Positions 7,370-16,011 of a stretch of 25,229 nucleotides of DNA are shown one piece after another. Source of the DNA: Polyangiales bacterium (lineage in GTDB: Bacteria > Myxococcota_A > Polyangia > Polyangiales > Houyiibacteriaceae); assembly GCA_045106895.1 (NCBI GenBank), contig JBGCFM010000057.1, positions 1 to 25,229 on the forward strand. The letters are read 5' to 3'. Below the pieces are notes generated by a model that saw only the letters and a program-made list of their open reading frames with translations, did not search any database and was not told where the DNA came from. Each line of letters starts with the position of its first letter. Position 1 is the first letter of the stretch. The position numbers and the translations under genes were made by a program.

Positions 7370-8032
7370 ATGAAGACTTCACTCGTTATTGGCGCCAATC
7401 GAGGCATCGGGTTTGAGATCGCAAAGCAGCTCCGCGAAAAGCGGCACGACGTGATCGCCACCTATCGACAGAGCGCAGGTGCGCTACAGGAGCTCGACGT
7501 GGAAGCCATCGGCGGCGTCGACATCGCGGACGACAAAGGCATCAAGCACCTCGTGCAAGCCCTCGAAGGTCGCAAGCTGAACAACGTGTTCATCGTGTCC
7601 GGCATCTTGCGCCGAGACAGCCTTGAGCAGCCCGCGTACGACGATGTTCTCGCGCAGCTCGTGGTGAACGCCGTCGGCCCACTTCGCGCCGCGGAGGCGC
7701 TCTTTCCGCAGATCCCCGAAGGCGGACGCCTTGGAATCCTGACGAGCCGAATGGGCTCCATCGCAGACAACACGAGCGGCGGAATGTACGGCTACCGAAT
7801 GAGCAAAGCCGCCGTCAACGCGGCTGGCGTTTCGCTCGCCCAAGACTTGCGCGACAAAGGCATCTCCGTCGGCCTCTTCCACCCGGGCTACGTTCGAACG
7901 GAAATGACCGGCGGCAACGGCCACATCGACCCGGATGAATCAGCACGTCTTCTCATCGAGCGCCTCTACGAACTGAACCTCGAGAACAGCGGCTCGTTCT
8001 GGCACTCCAACGGCGAAAAGCTGCCCTGGTAG
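7370..8032 (+). CDS. Short-chain dehydrogenase/reductase, CsgA/C-factor-like subfamily
   Basis: IGANRGIG nucleotide-binding motif, SRMGSI, catalytic YRMSK, HPGYVRTEM, terminal LPW. Confidence 0.9.
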   Translation: MKTSLVIGANRGIGFEIAKQLREKRHDVIATYRQSAGALQELDVEAIGGVDIADDKGIKHLVQALEGRKLNNVFIVSGILRRDSLEQPAYDDVLAQLVVNAVGPLRAAEALFPQIPEGGRLGILTSRMGSIADNTSGGMYGYRMSKAAVNAAGVSLAQDLRDKGISVGLFHPGYVRTEMTGGNGHIDPDESARLLIERLYELNLENSGSFWHSNGEKLPW

Positions 8033-8091
8033 CAACGCAGCCATCGGGCTGCTGGACAAGTCAGGTCCCCTCTACCTTTCTGAACCGCACA

Positions 8092-8511
8092 CTAGGGTGA
8101 CGGGTTCGTGGCGACGATAAACGCGGCCACGTCCGTGTCACGTTCCACGATCAGAAGCTCGCGGTAGCGCCCGGACATGCCAGCGACGGCGTTCGCTTCA
8201 GGGAGCCTCCACCACGAACGCAATGTTCCGTTTGCGTCGCGGGGACCCAGATGCGCGTGCTCATGGCCGAGACGAAGGTCGTCGATCTCAAGCCCGCAGG
8301 TCGAGAGGAACCCTTCAAAGCGTGAGGGCGGCATCACGATCTTCGCGAAGTACTGCCACCCCTCGGCGCTGCCATCGAGCTGGTCGTGAAGTTGAATCGT
8401 GCCCGGCGGCACGGCGCAACCGCCGAAGTCGCGGACCCGTTCCCGCGGGCCGCCGCTCGGTGTTCCCGCGCACCCGATCAGACCCGCGGCCAAGATGAGC
8501 GAGAGCCTCAC
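8092..8511 (-). CDS. Putative lipoprotein
   Basis: MRLSLILAAGLIG|C lipobox; GTGA overlap with the stop of the SPT-like gene. Confidence 0.65.
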   Translation of the reverse strand: MRLSLILAAGLIGCAGTPSGGPRERVRDFGGCAVPPGTIQLHDQLDGSAEGWQYFAKIVMPPSRFEGFLSTCGLEIDDLRLGHEHAHLGPRDANGTLRSWWRLPEANAVAGMSGRYRELLIVERDTDVAAFIVATNPSP

Positions 8512-9740
8512 GTCTCGAGCGGAGCCAGCTCGTCACCACCCAGAATGTAGAACGCTTCGCCGTAGGTCTTTAGCAGCTCTAAGGCGAGGTCCATGTCTTC
8601 CCGCGAGTGGCCGCGGGTGATGTTCAGGCGAAGGCGCTCTTCGCCCTTCTTAACACCAGGGTAGGTGATCGGAACGGTCATGACGCCACTCTCGTACATG
8701 GCCACGTGCGTGAAGAGCGCCTTGCGTTCCTCGTTGCACATGACGGGCATGATGTGTGTGTTGCTGAGCCCGAGGTCGAAACCGATCTCCAACAGCGACT
8801 TGCGCATGTAATCGGACTTTTCGTGCAGCTCCGCCACGAGCTGCTCGCCGTGGTCTTCCAGCATGTCGAGAATCGTCGCGGCGGCGGCCACGATGGGAAC
8901 CGGCAAGCTAGCGCTGAAGAGAAAGCTCCGGGCGAAGTGCTTGATGTGGTCGACGGTGTCTTTGTCCCCGAGGAGAATTCCGCCGATACCGCCGAAGGTC
9001 TTGCTAAAGGTCGAGACGATGATGGGTACGCGACCCATCAGGTCGTATTTCTCGACGATGCCGCGTCCGCCCTTACCCAAGGTGCCCGTACCGTGAGCGT
9101 CATCGCAGAGGAGCACCGCGCGTTCGTCTTCTTCGACGGCCTCGACGAGTTCAAGAATCTTCGCTTCGTCTCCATCGAGGCTGTAGATGCCTTCGATGAT
9201 CACAAGGGCGTTCTTGCGCTCCCGTGTTCTGAGACAGCGACGGAGAGAGCGCGCGCTGTTGTGATTGAAGAACCGAACTTCAGGTCCGTTGCGCGGTGTT
9301 CCGGCGGCGAGGAAGGTGCCGTCGAGAATGCAGGCGTGGCTCAGGTTGTCGAGGATGATGGTCGTATCTTTGTCCGCCAAAGACATGATCGTTCCAACCA
9401 TCGCCTGGTAGCCGGTGGTGAACGTCAGACAGCTCTCGTAGCCAAACCAGTTGGCGAGGCGCTCTTCTAGCTCCACGTGGGCCGTCGTCGTCGCCTGAAC
9501 GCGCGACGAACTGAGGCCGCAGCTGTACTGGTCCACGGCCTTCTTGCTGGCCTCTTTAACCTTTGGATGCGTCGTGAGCCCCAAGTAGTCATTGGACGAG
9601 AAGTTGACGATGGGCCGACCGTCGATGGTGCTGTGCAGACCACCGCTCTCGAACTGCTTAAAGAAAGGGTAGACCTGCTGCTCTTTGGCCAAGCGAATTC
9701 GCTCAAGAGCAACGTTTGCTTTTTCTTGTACCCAGTTCAT
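8508..9740 (-). CDS. PLP-dependent alpha-oxoamine synthase, serine palmitoyltransferase-like
   Basis: YPFF, NFSSNDYLGL, TGYQA, SHACI, EGIYSLDGD, DDAHG, STFSK (PLP Lys), FSASLP, RLRLN. True start ATG 9740 (ATGA overlap with upstream gene). Confidence 0.88.
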   Translation of the reverse strand: MNWVQEKANVALERIRLAKEQQVYPFFKQFESGGLHSTIDGRPIVNFSSNDYLGLTTHPKVKEASKKAVDQYSCGLSSSRVQATTTAHVELEERLANWFGYESCLTFTTGYQAMVGTIMSLADKDTTIILDNLSHACILDGTFLAAGTPRNGPEVRFFNHNSARSLRRCLRTRERKNALVIIEGIYSLDGDEAKILELVEAVEEDERAVLLCDDAHGTGTLGKGGRGIVEKYDLMGRVPIIVSTFSKTFGGIGGILLGDKDTVDHIKHFARSFLFSASLPVPIVAAAATILDMLEDHGEQLVAELHEKSDYMRKSLLEIGFDLGLSNTHIMPVMCNEERKALFTHVAMYESGVMTVPITYPGVKKGEERLRLNITRGHSREDMDLALELLKTYGEAFYILGGDELAPLET

Positions 9741-10885
9741 CGCGTTCCGTTCTGTCGAAGAATCACGGCGCTTGCGTTGCCGTAGTAACCCAGTGTTGTC
9801 ACGAGCACATGGCGCGCGGATGAAGCGCCGTCGATGCGGTGCGTGAGCCCGCCGCTCATGGCCGTCAGCGCCGCCGCCATGCCGAACGCGCCGGACGCAC
9901 CGAAGGTCTCGCCGATCCAGCGTTTGGGACGAAGAGCCGCGCAATCCAAAAGCGCGAGCTCGCCGAGCGCGTTCACTTCGGCTTCGTCGAAGGCCGAAAG
10001 CCCGCTCTCGGAACGGACGACCAAGTCGACATCGCCGGCCTCAAGACCCGCATCCGCGAGCGCCAAACGAATGGCGTCGGACAACGCGCGGGCGCTGCCA
10101 TGGACGAGCAGCGCGTCGGACTCGGGCGGGTCGAAGGCCGTGCCGTAGCCGGCGACCTCGGCGAGAATCTTCGCGCCCCGAGCCGTGGCGTCCTCGAGGC
10201 GTTCCGCCACGAAAAACGCCGCACCTTCCCCAACATCCAGACCGCCCTGCTCCATGAGCCCGAGCTTCTTGAGGGCGAGCATCAGCGGCTCGCTGGCCAC
10301 CTCTCCGCCGCCCACGACGAAGGCGTTTCCACGCCGATGGCGAAGCTGTGTTTCTGCGACCAAGAGCGCATCGAGGGCGCCGCAGTTCCCGTCGACAACG
10401 GTCGTGTTGGGTGCCGCGAGTTTCTCCCAGATGCTCACGTAACCGGCGGCGGCGTTGATAACCGTATTCGGAAAACGCTGCGGGTTGATGTAGCGAGGGT
10501 CCTCAAGTTCCGCGACGCGGTTGAGCTCGGCGATGGCGTCGAGACTGCCGTAGGCCGTCGCCGAGCAAACGCCGACATCGTGGCTGCCGAGTTCTTCGTG
10601 CAGAAACTCGCCGTCGCGTTTCACGCCTGCATCGAGAAGCGCGCTCTTTGCAGCGGCGATGAGAAATTTCGTCAGGCGATCGTAGGTACGGTGGCCCTTC
10701 GCGCCGAGGTGCGCCGCCGGATCCCAATTCCAGACTTCGGCGACACGGCGGCCGGGTGCAACTTCGGATGCTGGTGAAAACGCCGTCTTCGCCAAGTCAG
10801 CTTCTGAACGAAGCGCGTCTTCCCAGGTAACGCGACCTACTCCGAGCGTGCTGACAACGCTGTAACCTGTCAGTGCGAGTCTCAC
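9737..10885 (-). CDS. Non-catalytic ketosynthase / chain-length-factor (KS-beta)-like protein
   Basis: KS fold motifs (LTGYSVVSTLG, INPQRFPNTVINAAAG, VVGGGE, GEGAAFFV, LAEVAGYG). Catalytic Cys position reads N (VVDGNCGALDA), first His is S, second His is E. Confidence 0.8.
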   Translation of the reverse strand: MRLALTGYSVVSTLGVGRVTWEDALRSEADLAKTAFSPASEVAPGRRVAEVWNWDPAAHLGAKGHRTYDRLTKFLIAAAKSALLDAGVKRDGEFLHEELGSHDVGVCSATAYGSLDAIAELNRVAELEDPRYINPQRFPNTVINAAAGYVSIWEKLAAPNTTVVDGNCGALDALLVAETQLRHRRGNAFVVGGGEVASEPLMLALKKLGLMEQGGLDVGEGAAFFVAERLEDATARGAKILAEVAGYGTAFDPPESDALLVHGSARALSDAIRLALADAGLEAGDVDLVVRSESGLSAFDEAEVNALGELALLDCAALRPKRWIGETFGASGAFGMAAALTAMSGGLTHRIDGASSARHVLVTTLGYYGNASAVILRQNGTR

Positions 10886-12144
10886 GAGGCGTGGCCTTTC
10901 GGACTCGCATCTTTCGGAAGACCGGCGCCCTCGGGCAGCACTCCCGGCTGCGCCAAGCAGAGCACCGCGTCGTAGCCGCCGAAGGCGAGGGAGTTGTTGA
11001 GCAACACCTTCACGTCTCGCTTGGCCGCGGTGTTCGCCACAATGGAGAGCGCTGCGGCGACTGGGTCGCGCTTCTCATGGTTGATCGTCGGCGGGATGAC
11101 TCCGTCCCCGAGCGTCAGAACACAGCTCACAGCTTCGATGGCGCTCGCAGCGCCCATGCAGTGGCCGATCATGCCTTTGAGACTCGTCACGCTCGGCGAT
11201 GTGTCCGCGAAGAGCTCGGACAACACCATCGCTTCGATGGCGTCGTTCGCGGCGGTGCCGGTTCCGTGCGCGTTGATATAATCCACCTGCGCCGCGTCGA
11301 TGCCCGAGTCTTCGATGGCCCTGCGCATCGCGTGCCTTGAACCGACACCTTCCGGGTGGGGGCGCGTGATGTGATGAGCGTCGCAGGCGAGGCCGAGGGC
11401 GCCGACTTCTGCGAGGGGAGTGCCGCCGCGGGCAACGAGGGACGCCTCGGACTCCAACACAAAGATCGCCGCCCCCTCGCCCACCAGGAGACCTTTGCGG
11501 TTCTCGTCGAAAGGCTGGCATCGCTCCGGAGCCATCGCGCCAAGACGAGCGAAGCCCGCGTATTGGAGTTTCTCAATGACCTCCGATGCACCGCAGAGCG
11601 CGCGGTCGGCGCGACCCGCACGGATCTGGTCGGCGGCGTAGCCGATGGCGTAGTTCCCGGCGGCGCAAGCAGCAGGCAGAGTCTTGACCATGCCGCGGGC
11701 ACCGATCGCCCTCGCCACGTGAATCGGCAGAAGAGTCGTGCCGTATCGCGGAAGCGCGGCGGGCTGCACCGCCTCTTCGCCGCTGTGAATCCGCGTGTTC
11801 TCAAGGTCACCGAGCAAGTTGGCCTCGCCCATCGTCGTTCCGAGGATGACCGCCGTGCGGGGACCGGCGAGTTCTGCGGCCGCTCCAGAGTCTTCCACGG
11901 CCATGCGCGCGGCTGCTACGGCCATCGCTGAGCAGCGTCCCATTCGGCGCGCTTCCGCCGCCGTCAGATGCTCGCGAGGCTGGAAGCTATTGATTTCACA
12001 AGCAATATTCCGCTCGAGCTTCGAGGCGTCGAAGAGCGTGACGGGGCCCGCGGCGCTCCGGCCTTCGGCGAGGGCACGCCCGAAATCTGCCTTCCCGAAG
12101 CCGAGCGAGCTGACCACTCCGACTCCTGTGACAAAGACGCGCAT
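10882..12144 (-). CDS. Beta-ketoacyl-ACP synthase (FabF/KS-alpha-like), 420 aa
   Basis: MRVFVTGVGVVSSLG start; intact triad AACAAG, INAHGTGT, IGHCMGAA; NSLAFGG. The ORF-track N-terminal extension overlaps the FAAL gene and is spurious. Confidence 0.93.
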   Translation of the reverse strand: MRVFVTGVGVVSSLGFGKADFGRALAEGRSAAGPVTLFDASKLERNIACEINSFQPREHLTAAEARRMGRCSAMAVAAARMAVEDSGAAAELAGPRTAVILGTTMGEANLLGDLENTRIHSGEEAVQPAALPRYGTTLLPIHVARAIGARGMVKTLPAACAAGNYAIGYAADQIRAGRADRALCGASEVIEKLQYAGFARLGAMAPERCQPFDENRKGLLVGEGAAIFVLESEASLVARGGTPLAEVGALGLACDAHHITRPHPEGVGSRHAMRRAIEDSGIDAAQVDYINAHGTGTAANDAIEAMVLSELFADTSPSVTSLKGMIGHCMGAASAIEAVSCVLTLGDGVIPPTINHEKRDPVAAALSIVANTAAKRDVKVLLNNSLAFGGYDAVLCLAQPGVLPEGAGLPKDASPKGHAS

Positions 12145-12271
12145 CGCGCCTCGTATAGGAGGAGTAAATAGGCCCGGCAAGGCGTGAGAGCAAAACCTAC
12201 CGCGCGGCCGGTTTTCTTGTAATTGCGAATGCTTGACCGCTTTTGAGGAAAGCCGTACGCCCCGAGTCGAG

Positions 12272-13945
12272 ATGCCGCTCCCCTCCGAAAGTACCCAAAC
12301 CCTTGTTGAGGCGATGCATGACCTCCGAACCGGAGAAGGACGAGGCTTCACTTTCGTCGGCCGAGATCGCAAAGAACGCTTCTTCGCGTACGAAGAGCTT
12401 CTCGCCGAAGCGAAGCGACGCGCGGGTTTTCTCGCTGACCTTGGGCTGAGCCACGGAGACCGAGCCGCCATCGTGGTGGGAGAACCCCACGAGTTCGTTC
12501 TGACCTTCCTCGGATGTGTCGTCGCCGGTGTCGTCCCTGCGCCGATCTTTCCGCGCGCAAGTTTCAAGAACGCCGAGAGCTACATCGAGACCCTCGCGCA
12601 CATCATGAGCACGGCGGGCGCGAAGGTCGCCTTCTGCATGGAGGGCAACCGAGACGTCGTGGAACAAGCCGCGACGCGCGTTGAGGGCCTCACGCTCGTG
12701 GGCGTCGAGAACGCCTTTGAAGGAACCGGCGCCCCGGCCCCGGATGTCACCATCGGTCCCGACGACTTGTGTTTTCTGCAGTTCACGAGCGGCAGCACAT
12801 CGAAGCCTAAGGGCGTCATGGTCACCCACGCGAACCTCGTCGCGAACGCCCGCGCCTTCCTAGGACCCGCCGGACTCGACCGAAACGACGACGACCTCGG
12901 CGTCACCTGGCTTCCGCTCTTTCACGACATGGGCCTCATCGGCTTCGTGCTCGGAACGCTCGTCTGCGACATCCCCGTCATTATTCTCCCGACGGAACTC
13001 TTCGCCCGGTCTCCTGGCCTTTGGCTGCAGACCGTCAGCGAGCGGCGTGGCACCATTACCTTCGCGCCGAACTTCGCGTACCAGCTCGTCACTCGTCGTA
13101 CCAAAGAGCGCCAGCTCGCCGAGCTTGATCTCTCTTCGCTTCGCATTGCGGGCTGCGGCGCAGAGCCCATCCGTGCTCGTACGCTGCAGGCGTTTGCCGA
13201 CAAGTTCGCTCCCGCCAAGTTTGACGAGAAGGCTTTTCTACCAAGCTACGGCATGGCCGAAGCCACCTTGGCCATCACGTTTCACCCACGGAACGACGCC
13301 ATCGTCGTTGACCGCATCGACCCCGAGGCGATGAAGGCAGGTCGCGCGGAAGCGACGGCGAATGAAGACGCCCTCGAAGTCATCAGCTGCGGCGTGGGTT
13401 TTCCGGACCACGACGTCCGCGTCGTCGACGACGAAGGCAACACGCTGCCGGATCGTAGCGTGGGCCAGGTTGTTGCGCGCGGCCCGAGCATCACCTCGGG
13501 TTACTTCGAGAACCCCGAGGCGAGCGCCGAGGGCTGGAAAGACGGCTGGCTTCAGACCGGCGACCTTGGTTACTTCGCGGAAGGCAGCCTCTACATTTGT
13601 GGCCGCATCAAGGACCTCATCATCATTCGCGGTGCCAACCATTACCCGCAAGACATCGAGTGGGCCGTCGGCGACCTCGAAGGCGTCCGCCGTGGCAACG
13701 TCTGCGCGTTCAGCGTGATGAAAGACGGCACGGAGGAGCTCATCGTCTCCGCGGAGGCCGGGCGCGCCGATGTCGAACGACTGCGCGAAGAGATCCCCCG
13801 AGTGGTCCGTCAGAGCTTTGGGCTCGTACCTGCCGATGTCGTCCTCACTCGTGTGGGGACGCTTCCAAAGACGAGCAGTGGAAAAACACAGCGACGCAAA
13901 ACGCGCGCGATGTACGAAAACGGTGAATTAGGTGGCCATGCGTGA
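12272..13945 (+). CDS. Fatty acyl-AMP ligase (FAAL)
   Basis: FLQFTSGSTSKPKG, WLPLFHDMGLIG, PNFAY, GAEPI, YGMAEATL followed by a FAAL-type insertion before SCG, TGDLG, GRIKDLIIIRG, PQDIE, PKTSSGK. Confidence 0.93.
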   Translation: MPLPSESTQTLVEAMHDLRTGEGRGFTFVGRDRKERFFAYEELLAEAKRRAGFLADLGLSHGDRAAIVVGEPHEFVLTFLGCVVAGVVPAPIFPRASFKNAESYIETLAHIMSTAGAKVAFCMEGNRDVVEQAATRVEGLTLVGVENAFEGTGAPAPDVTIGPDDLCFLQFTSGSTSKPKGVMVTHANLVANARAFLGPAGLDRNDDDLGVTWLPLFHDMGLIGFVLGTLVCDIPVIILPTELFARSPGLWLQTVSERRGTITFAPNFAYQLVTRRTKERQLAELDLSSLRIAGCGAEPIRARTLQAFADKFAPAKFDEKAFLPSYGMAEATLAITFHPRNDAIVVDRIDPEAMKAGRAEATANEDALEVISCGVGFPDHDVRVVDDEGNTLPDRSVGQVVARGPSITSGYFENPEASAEGWKDGWLQTGDLGYFAEGSLYICGRIKDLIIIRGANHYPQDIEWAVGDLEGVRRGNVCAFSVMKDGTEELIVSAEAGRADVERLREEIPRVVRQSFGLVPADVVLTRVGTLPKTSSGKTQRRKTRAMYENGELGGHA

Positions 13946-14201
13946 AGAACGAACAATGGAAGAGCTAAAGGCACAACTCCGCGAGATCGTGGCGGAGGTC
14001 GCTGAGATCGACGAGGTGCCTGACACCACGCCGTTCCAGGAGCTCGGTATCGACAGCATGATGGCCATCGAGATCGTCGCAGACGTGGAGCGCACTTTTA
14101 AGCTCTCCATTCCAGAAGACGAACTCCAGGACCTCACGGATCTGAACGCGGTCTTCGAGAAGGTTCGCGCCAAGCTCGAAGAAGCCGACGCCGCGGAATA
14201 G
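13938..14201 (+). CDS. Acyl carrier protein
   Basis: Small acidic protein with LGIDSM phosphopantetheine site; directly after FAAL. Start is 13938 or 13956. Confidence 0.93.
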   Translation: MREERTMEELKAQLREIVAEVAEIDEVPDTTPFQELGIDSMMAIEIVADVERTFKLSIPEDELQDLTDLNAVFEKVRAKLEEADAAE

Positions 14202-14207
14202 CCGCGG

Positions 14208-14645
14208 GTGACTTCACTCGCGACTTCCGATGAGCACGGACCTGCACCGCGTTCTGGGTTTTTGCTCGCCTTCAGGCCCCGCTACCATGAGACAGACCAG
14301 AGCGGAATCGTCCACCACTCGGTGTACCTGAAGTGGTTCGAAGATGCGCGAGTCGCACTCTTTCGGTCTCGCGGAATGAACTTCGGCGAGCTTGAACGAG
14401 TCGACCGTGTTGGCATGGCGGTGCACCGCGCCGACGTTCGTTACAAGCTGCCGGCGCGCTTCGATGACGAGGTGGAAGCCGAAGTGTGGGTGGGCGAAAT
14501 GAAGCGCTCGACGATCCGCTTTGACTACCGCCTCTGGCGCGGTGATGCGCTGCTCTCAACCGCCGAGATTCACATTGCGTGCATTCATCTAGACCGAATG
14601 AGAGCCATCCGTGTCCCGGATGCGGTGCGTCGCTGCTGCATCTGA
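14208..14645 (+). CDS. Hotdog-fold acyl thioesterase (YbgC/4HBT family)
   Basis: RYHETDQSGIVHHSVYLKWFEDAR and VRYKLPARFDD motifs. Confidence 0.9.
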   Translation: MTSLATSDEHGPAPRSGFLLAFRPRYHETDQSGIVHHSVYLKWFEDARVALFRSRGMNFGELERVDRVGMAVHRADVRYKLPARFDDEVEAEVWVGEMKRSTIRFDYRLWRGDALLSTAEIHIACIHLDRMRAIRVPDAVRRCCI

Positions 14646-14659
14646 GTTATGGTCGCCCC

Positions 14660-15208
14660 ATGAGCCAACATCCCTTTCAGGGCGTCACCTTCGACGATGT
14701 GATTCTCTACGACACGCGCACGCATAACGTCGTGATGCAGCATGGAACCATGCCGAAACGCGAAGATCTCGAGGGCTGGGAGTTCCGTGGATTCAACCCA
14801 CCAGGCTTCGCCAAACTCCTGGGCTTCCAGAAGTTCATGAAGGGCTTCTTTGTCGATGGCGGAAACCTCGCCGGCTACAACCTTTTCGTCGACGACCCCC
14901 GAGGCGGGGCGAAGGCTCCATGGCAACCCAAAGGTGGCGACGCTTCGAAGCGGCACGGCTACTACGACGCGCTCCCGGTGAAGCCTGGTTCAAACTACGA
15001 CGAGTATGATCACGCGCTGCTTCTCGACTATGGCTCGGGCCGCAACAGTCCGGCCAATCCTGAATCTCGCATCCGCGACTACCTCGTGCAGGTCGACCCG
15101 CAGAACCCAGATCTTTTCCTGGGCAAAGCCTACCTCGATCTTGGACTGACCTCCGTCTTCTCCAACTTCTTTGTCCTCGAACGACTTCGCCCGGCGCCAC
15201 AACACTGA
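14660..15208 (+). CDS. Hypothetical protein (aromatic/beta-rich)
   Basis: Protein-like ORF (GWEFRGFN, QKFMKGF, LLLDYG, IRDYLVQV, FLGKAY, FFVLER); stop overlaps the acyltransferase start (TGATG). Confidence 0.8.
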   Translation: MSQHPFQGVTFDDVILYDTRTHNVVMQHGTMPKREDLEGWEFRGFNPPGFAKLLGFQKFMKGFFVDGGNLAGYNLFVDDPRGGAKAPWQPKGGDASKRHGYYDALPVKPGSNYDEYDHALLLDYGSGRNSPANPESRIRDYLVQVDPQNPDLFLGKAYLDLGLTSVFSNFFVLERLRPAPQH

Positions 15209-15930
15209 TGGCTCCTCGCTGGCCGAAGGACCGTGGCTCCGTCGTCGCCTTCGTGCGCACCCTCGCGGAAACCGCGAAGGTCAGCGCGCCCATCCTCGTC
15301 GATCGGGCGCGTGGGAAGCTCAAGCGCGAAGGGGTGGACCGGCGCATCCGCCGGTGGGCGGAGAACACCGTCCGGATCTCCGGCGTCGATATTGAAGTGT
15401 CAGGTCTTGAGAACATCGACCCTCGACGTACCTACGTCGTCATGTCGAACCACCAGTCAAACTACGATATCGTCGCCATCTATCACGCGTTCCCATCCAC
15501 TCTTCGCATGGTCGCGAAGCAGGAGATGCGTAAGCTGCCGCTGATGGGTTCGGCGATGGAAGCCGCGGAGTTCATCTTCGTCGACCGCAGCAACAACACC
15601 GCCGCCCGGCGCGCCCTCGACTCGGCCAAGGAACGGATTCGCAGCGGCGTGAACGTCTGGATCGCCCCAGAGGGCACTCGAAGTGTCACCGGCAAGCTCG
15701 GCGCGTTCAAGAAGGGCGGCTTTATGCTGGCCCTGTCCGCGGGCGTTCCAATCCTGCCCTGCACCGTCACGGGCACCCGCGATGTGATGCCCATCAAAGC
15801 CGCGAGCATTCATCTCGGCCAAAAAGCGAAGATTCAGTTCCACGCCCCACTCGAAACCACCGACTACGGTCTCGATGGACGAGACCGGCTTATGGAAGAC
15901 GTTCGCACGTCAATTCTGTCGGGTTTCTAG
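15208..15930 (+). CDS. plsC: Lysophospholipid acyltransferase (PlsC family)
   Basis: NHQSNYD (HX4D), FIFVDR, APEGTRS, FKKGGF, VPILP blocks. Confidence 0.9.
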   Translation: MAPRWPKDRGSVVAFVRTLAETAKVSAPILVDRARGKLKREGVDRRIRRWAENTVRISGVDIEVSGLENIDPRRTYVVMSNHQSNYDIVAIYHAFPSTLRMVAKQEMRKLPLMGSAMEAAEFIFVDRSNNTAARRALDSAKERIRSGVNVWIAPEGTRSVTGKLGAFKKGGFMLALSAGVPILPCTVTGTRDVMPIKAASIHLGQKAKIQFHAPLETTDYGLDGRDRLMEDVRTSILSGF

Positions 15931-15979
15931 CAAAAAAGAGCCGCGATAGCGCGCTTTGCAAAACTCCCTCATAAACACA

Positions 15980-16005
15980 GAACCTTTCTGGAGCTGAGTC
16001 GTCTC
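15980..16005 (+). promoter_or_regulatory. Putative ECF-sigma promoter (GAACCT...CGTCTC)
   Basis: AAC (15981-15983) - N16 - CGT (16000-16002), the canonical ECF arrangement; no SD before ATG 16012. Confidence 0.55.
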
Positions 16006-16011
16006 AGCTTC

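Noticed and set aside
7370..8032. Calling the SDR the true developmental csgA ortholog
   Set aside because: CsgA-like SDRs are widespread and paralogous; orthology cannot be established from motifs alone.
8508..9740. Annotation as biotin enzyme BioF
   Set aside because: No other bio genes are nearby; the N-terminal motifs and the KS/ACP/FAAL context fit an SPT-like role better, though this is unproven.
12145..12567. N-terminal extension of the KS ORF to 561 aa (likewise the SPT extension 9741-9944)
   Set aside because: These overlap neighbouring genes; family-typical N-termini begin at 12144 and 9740.
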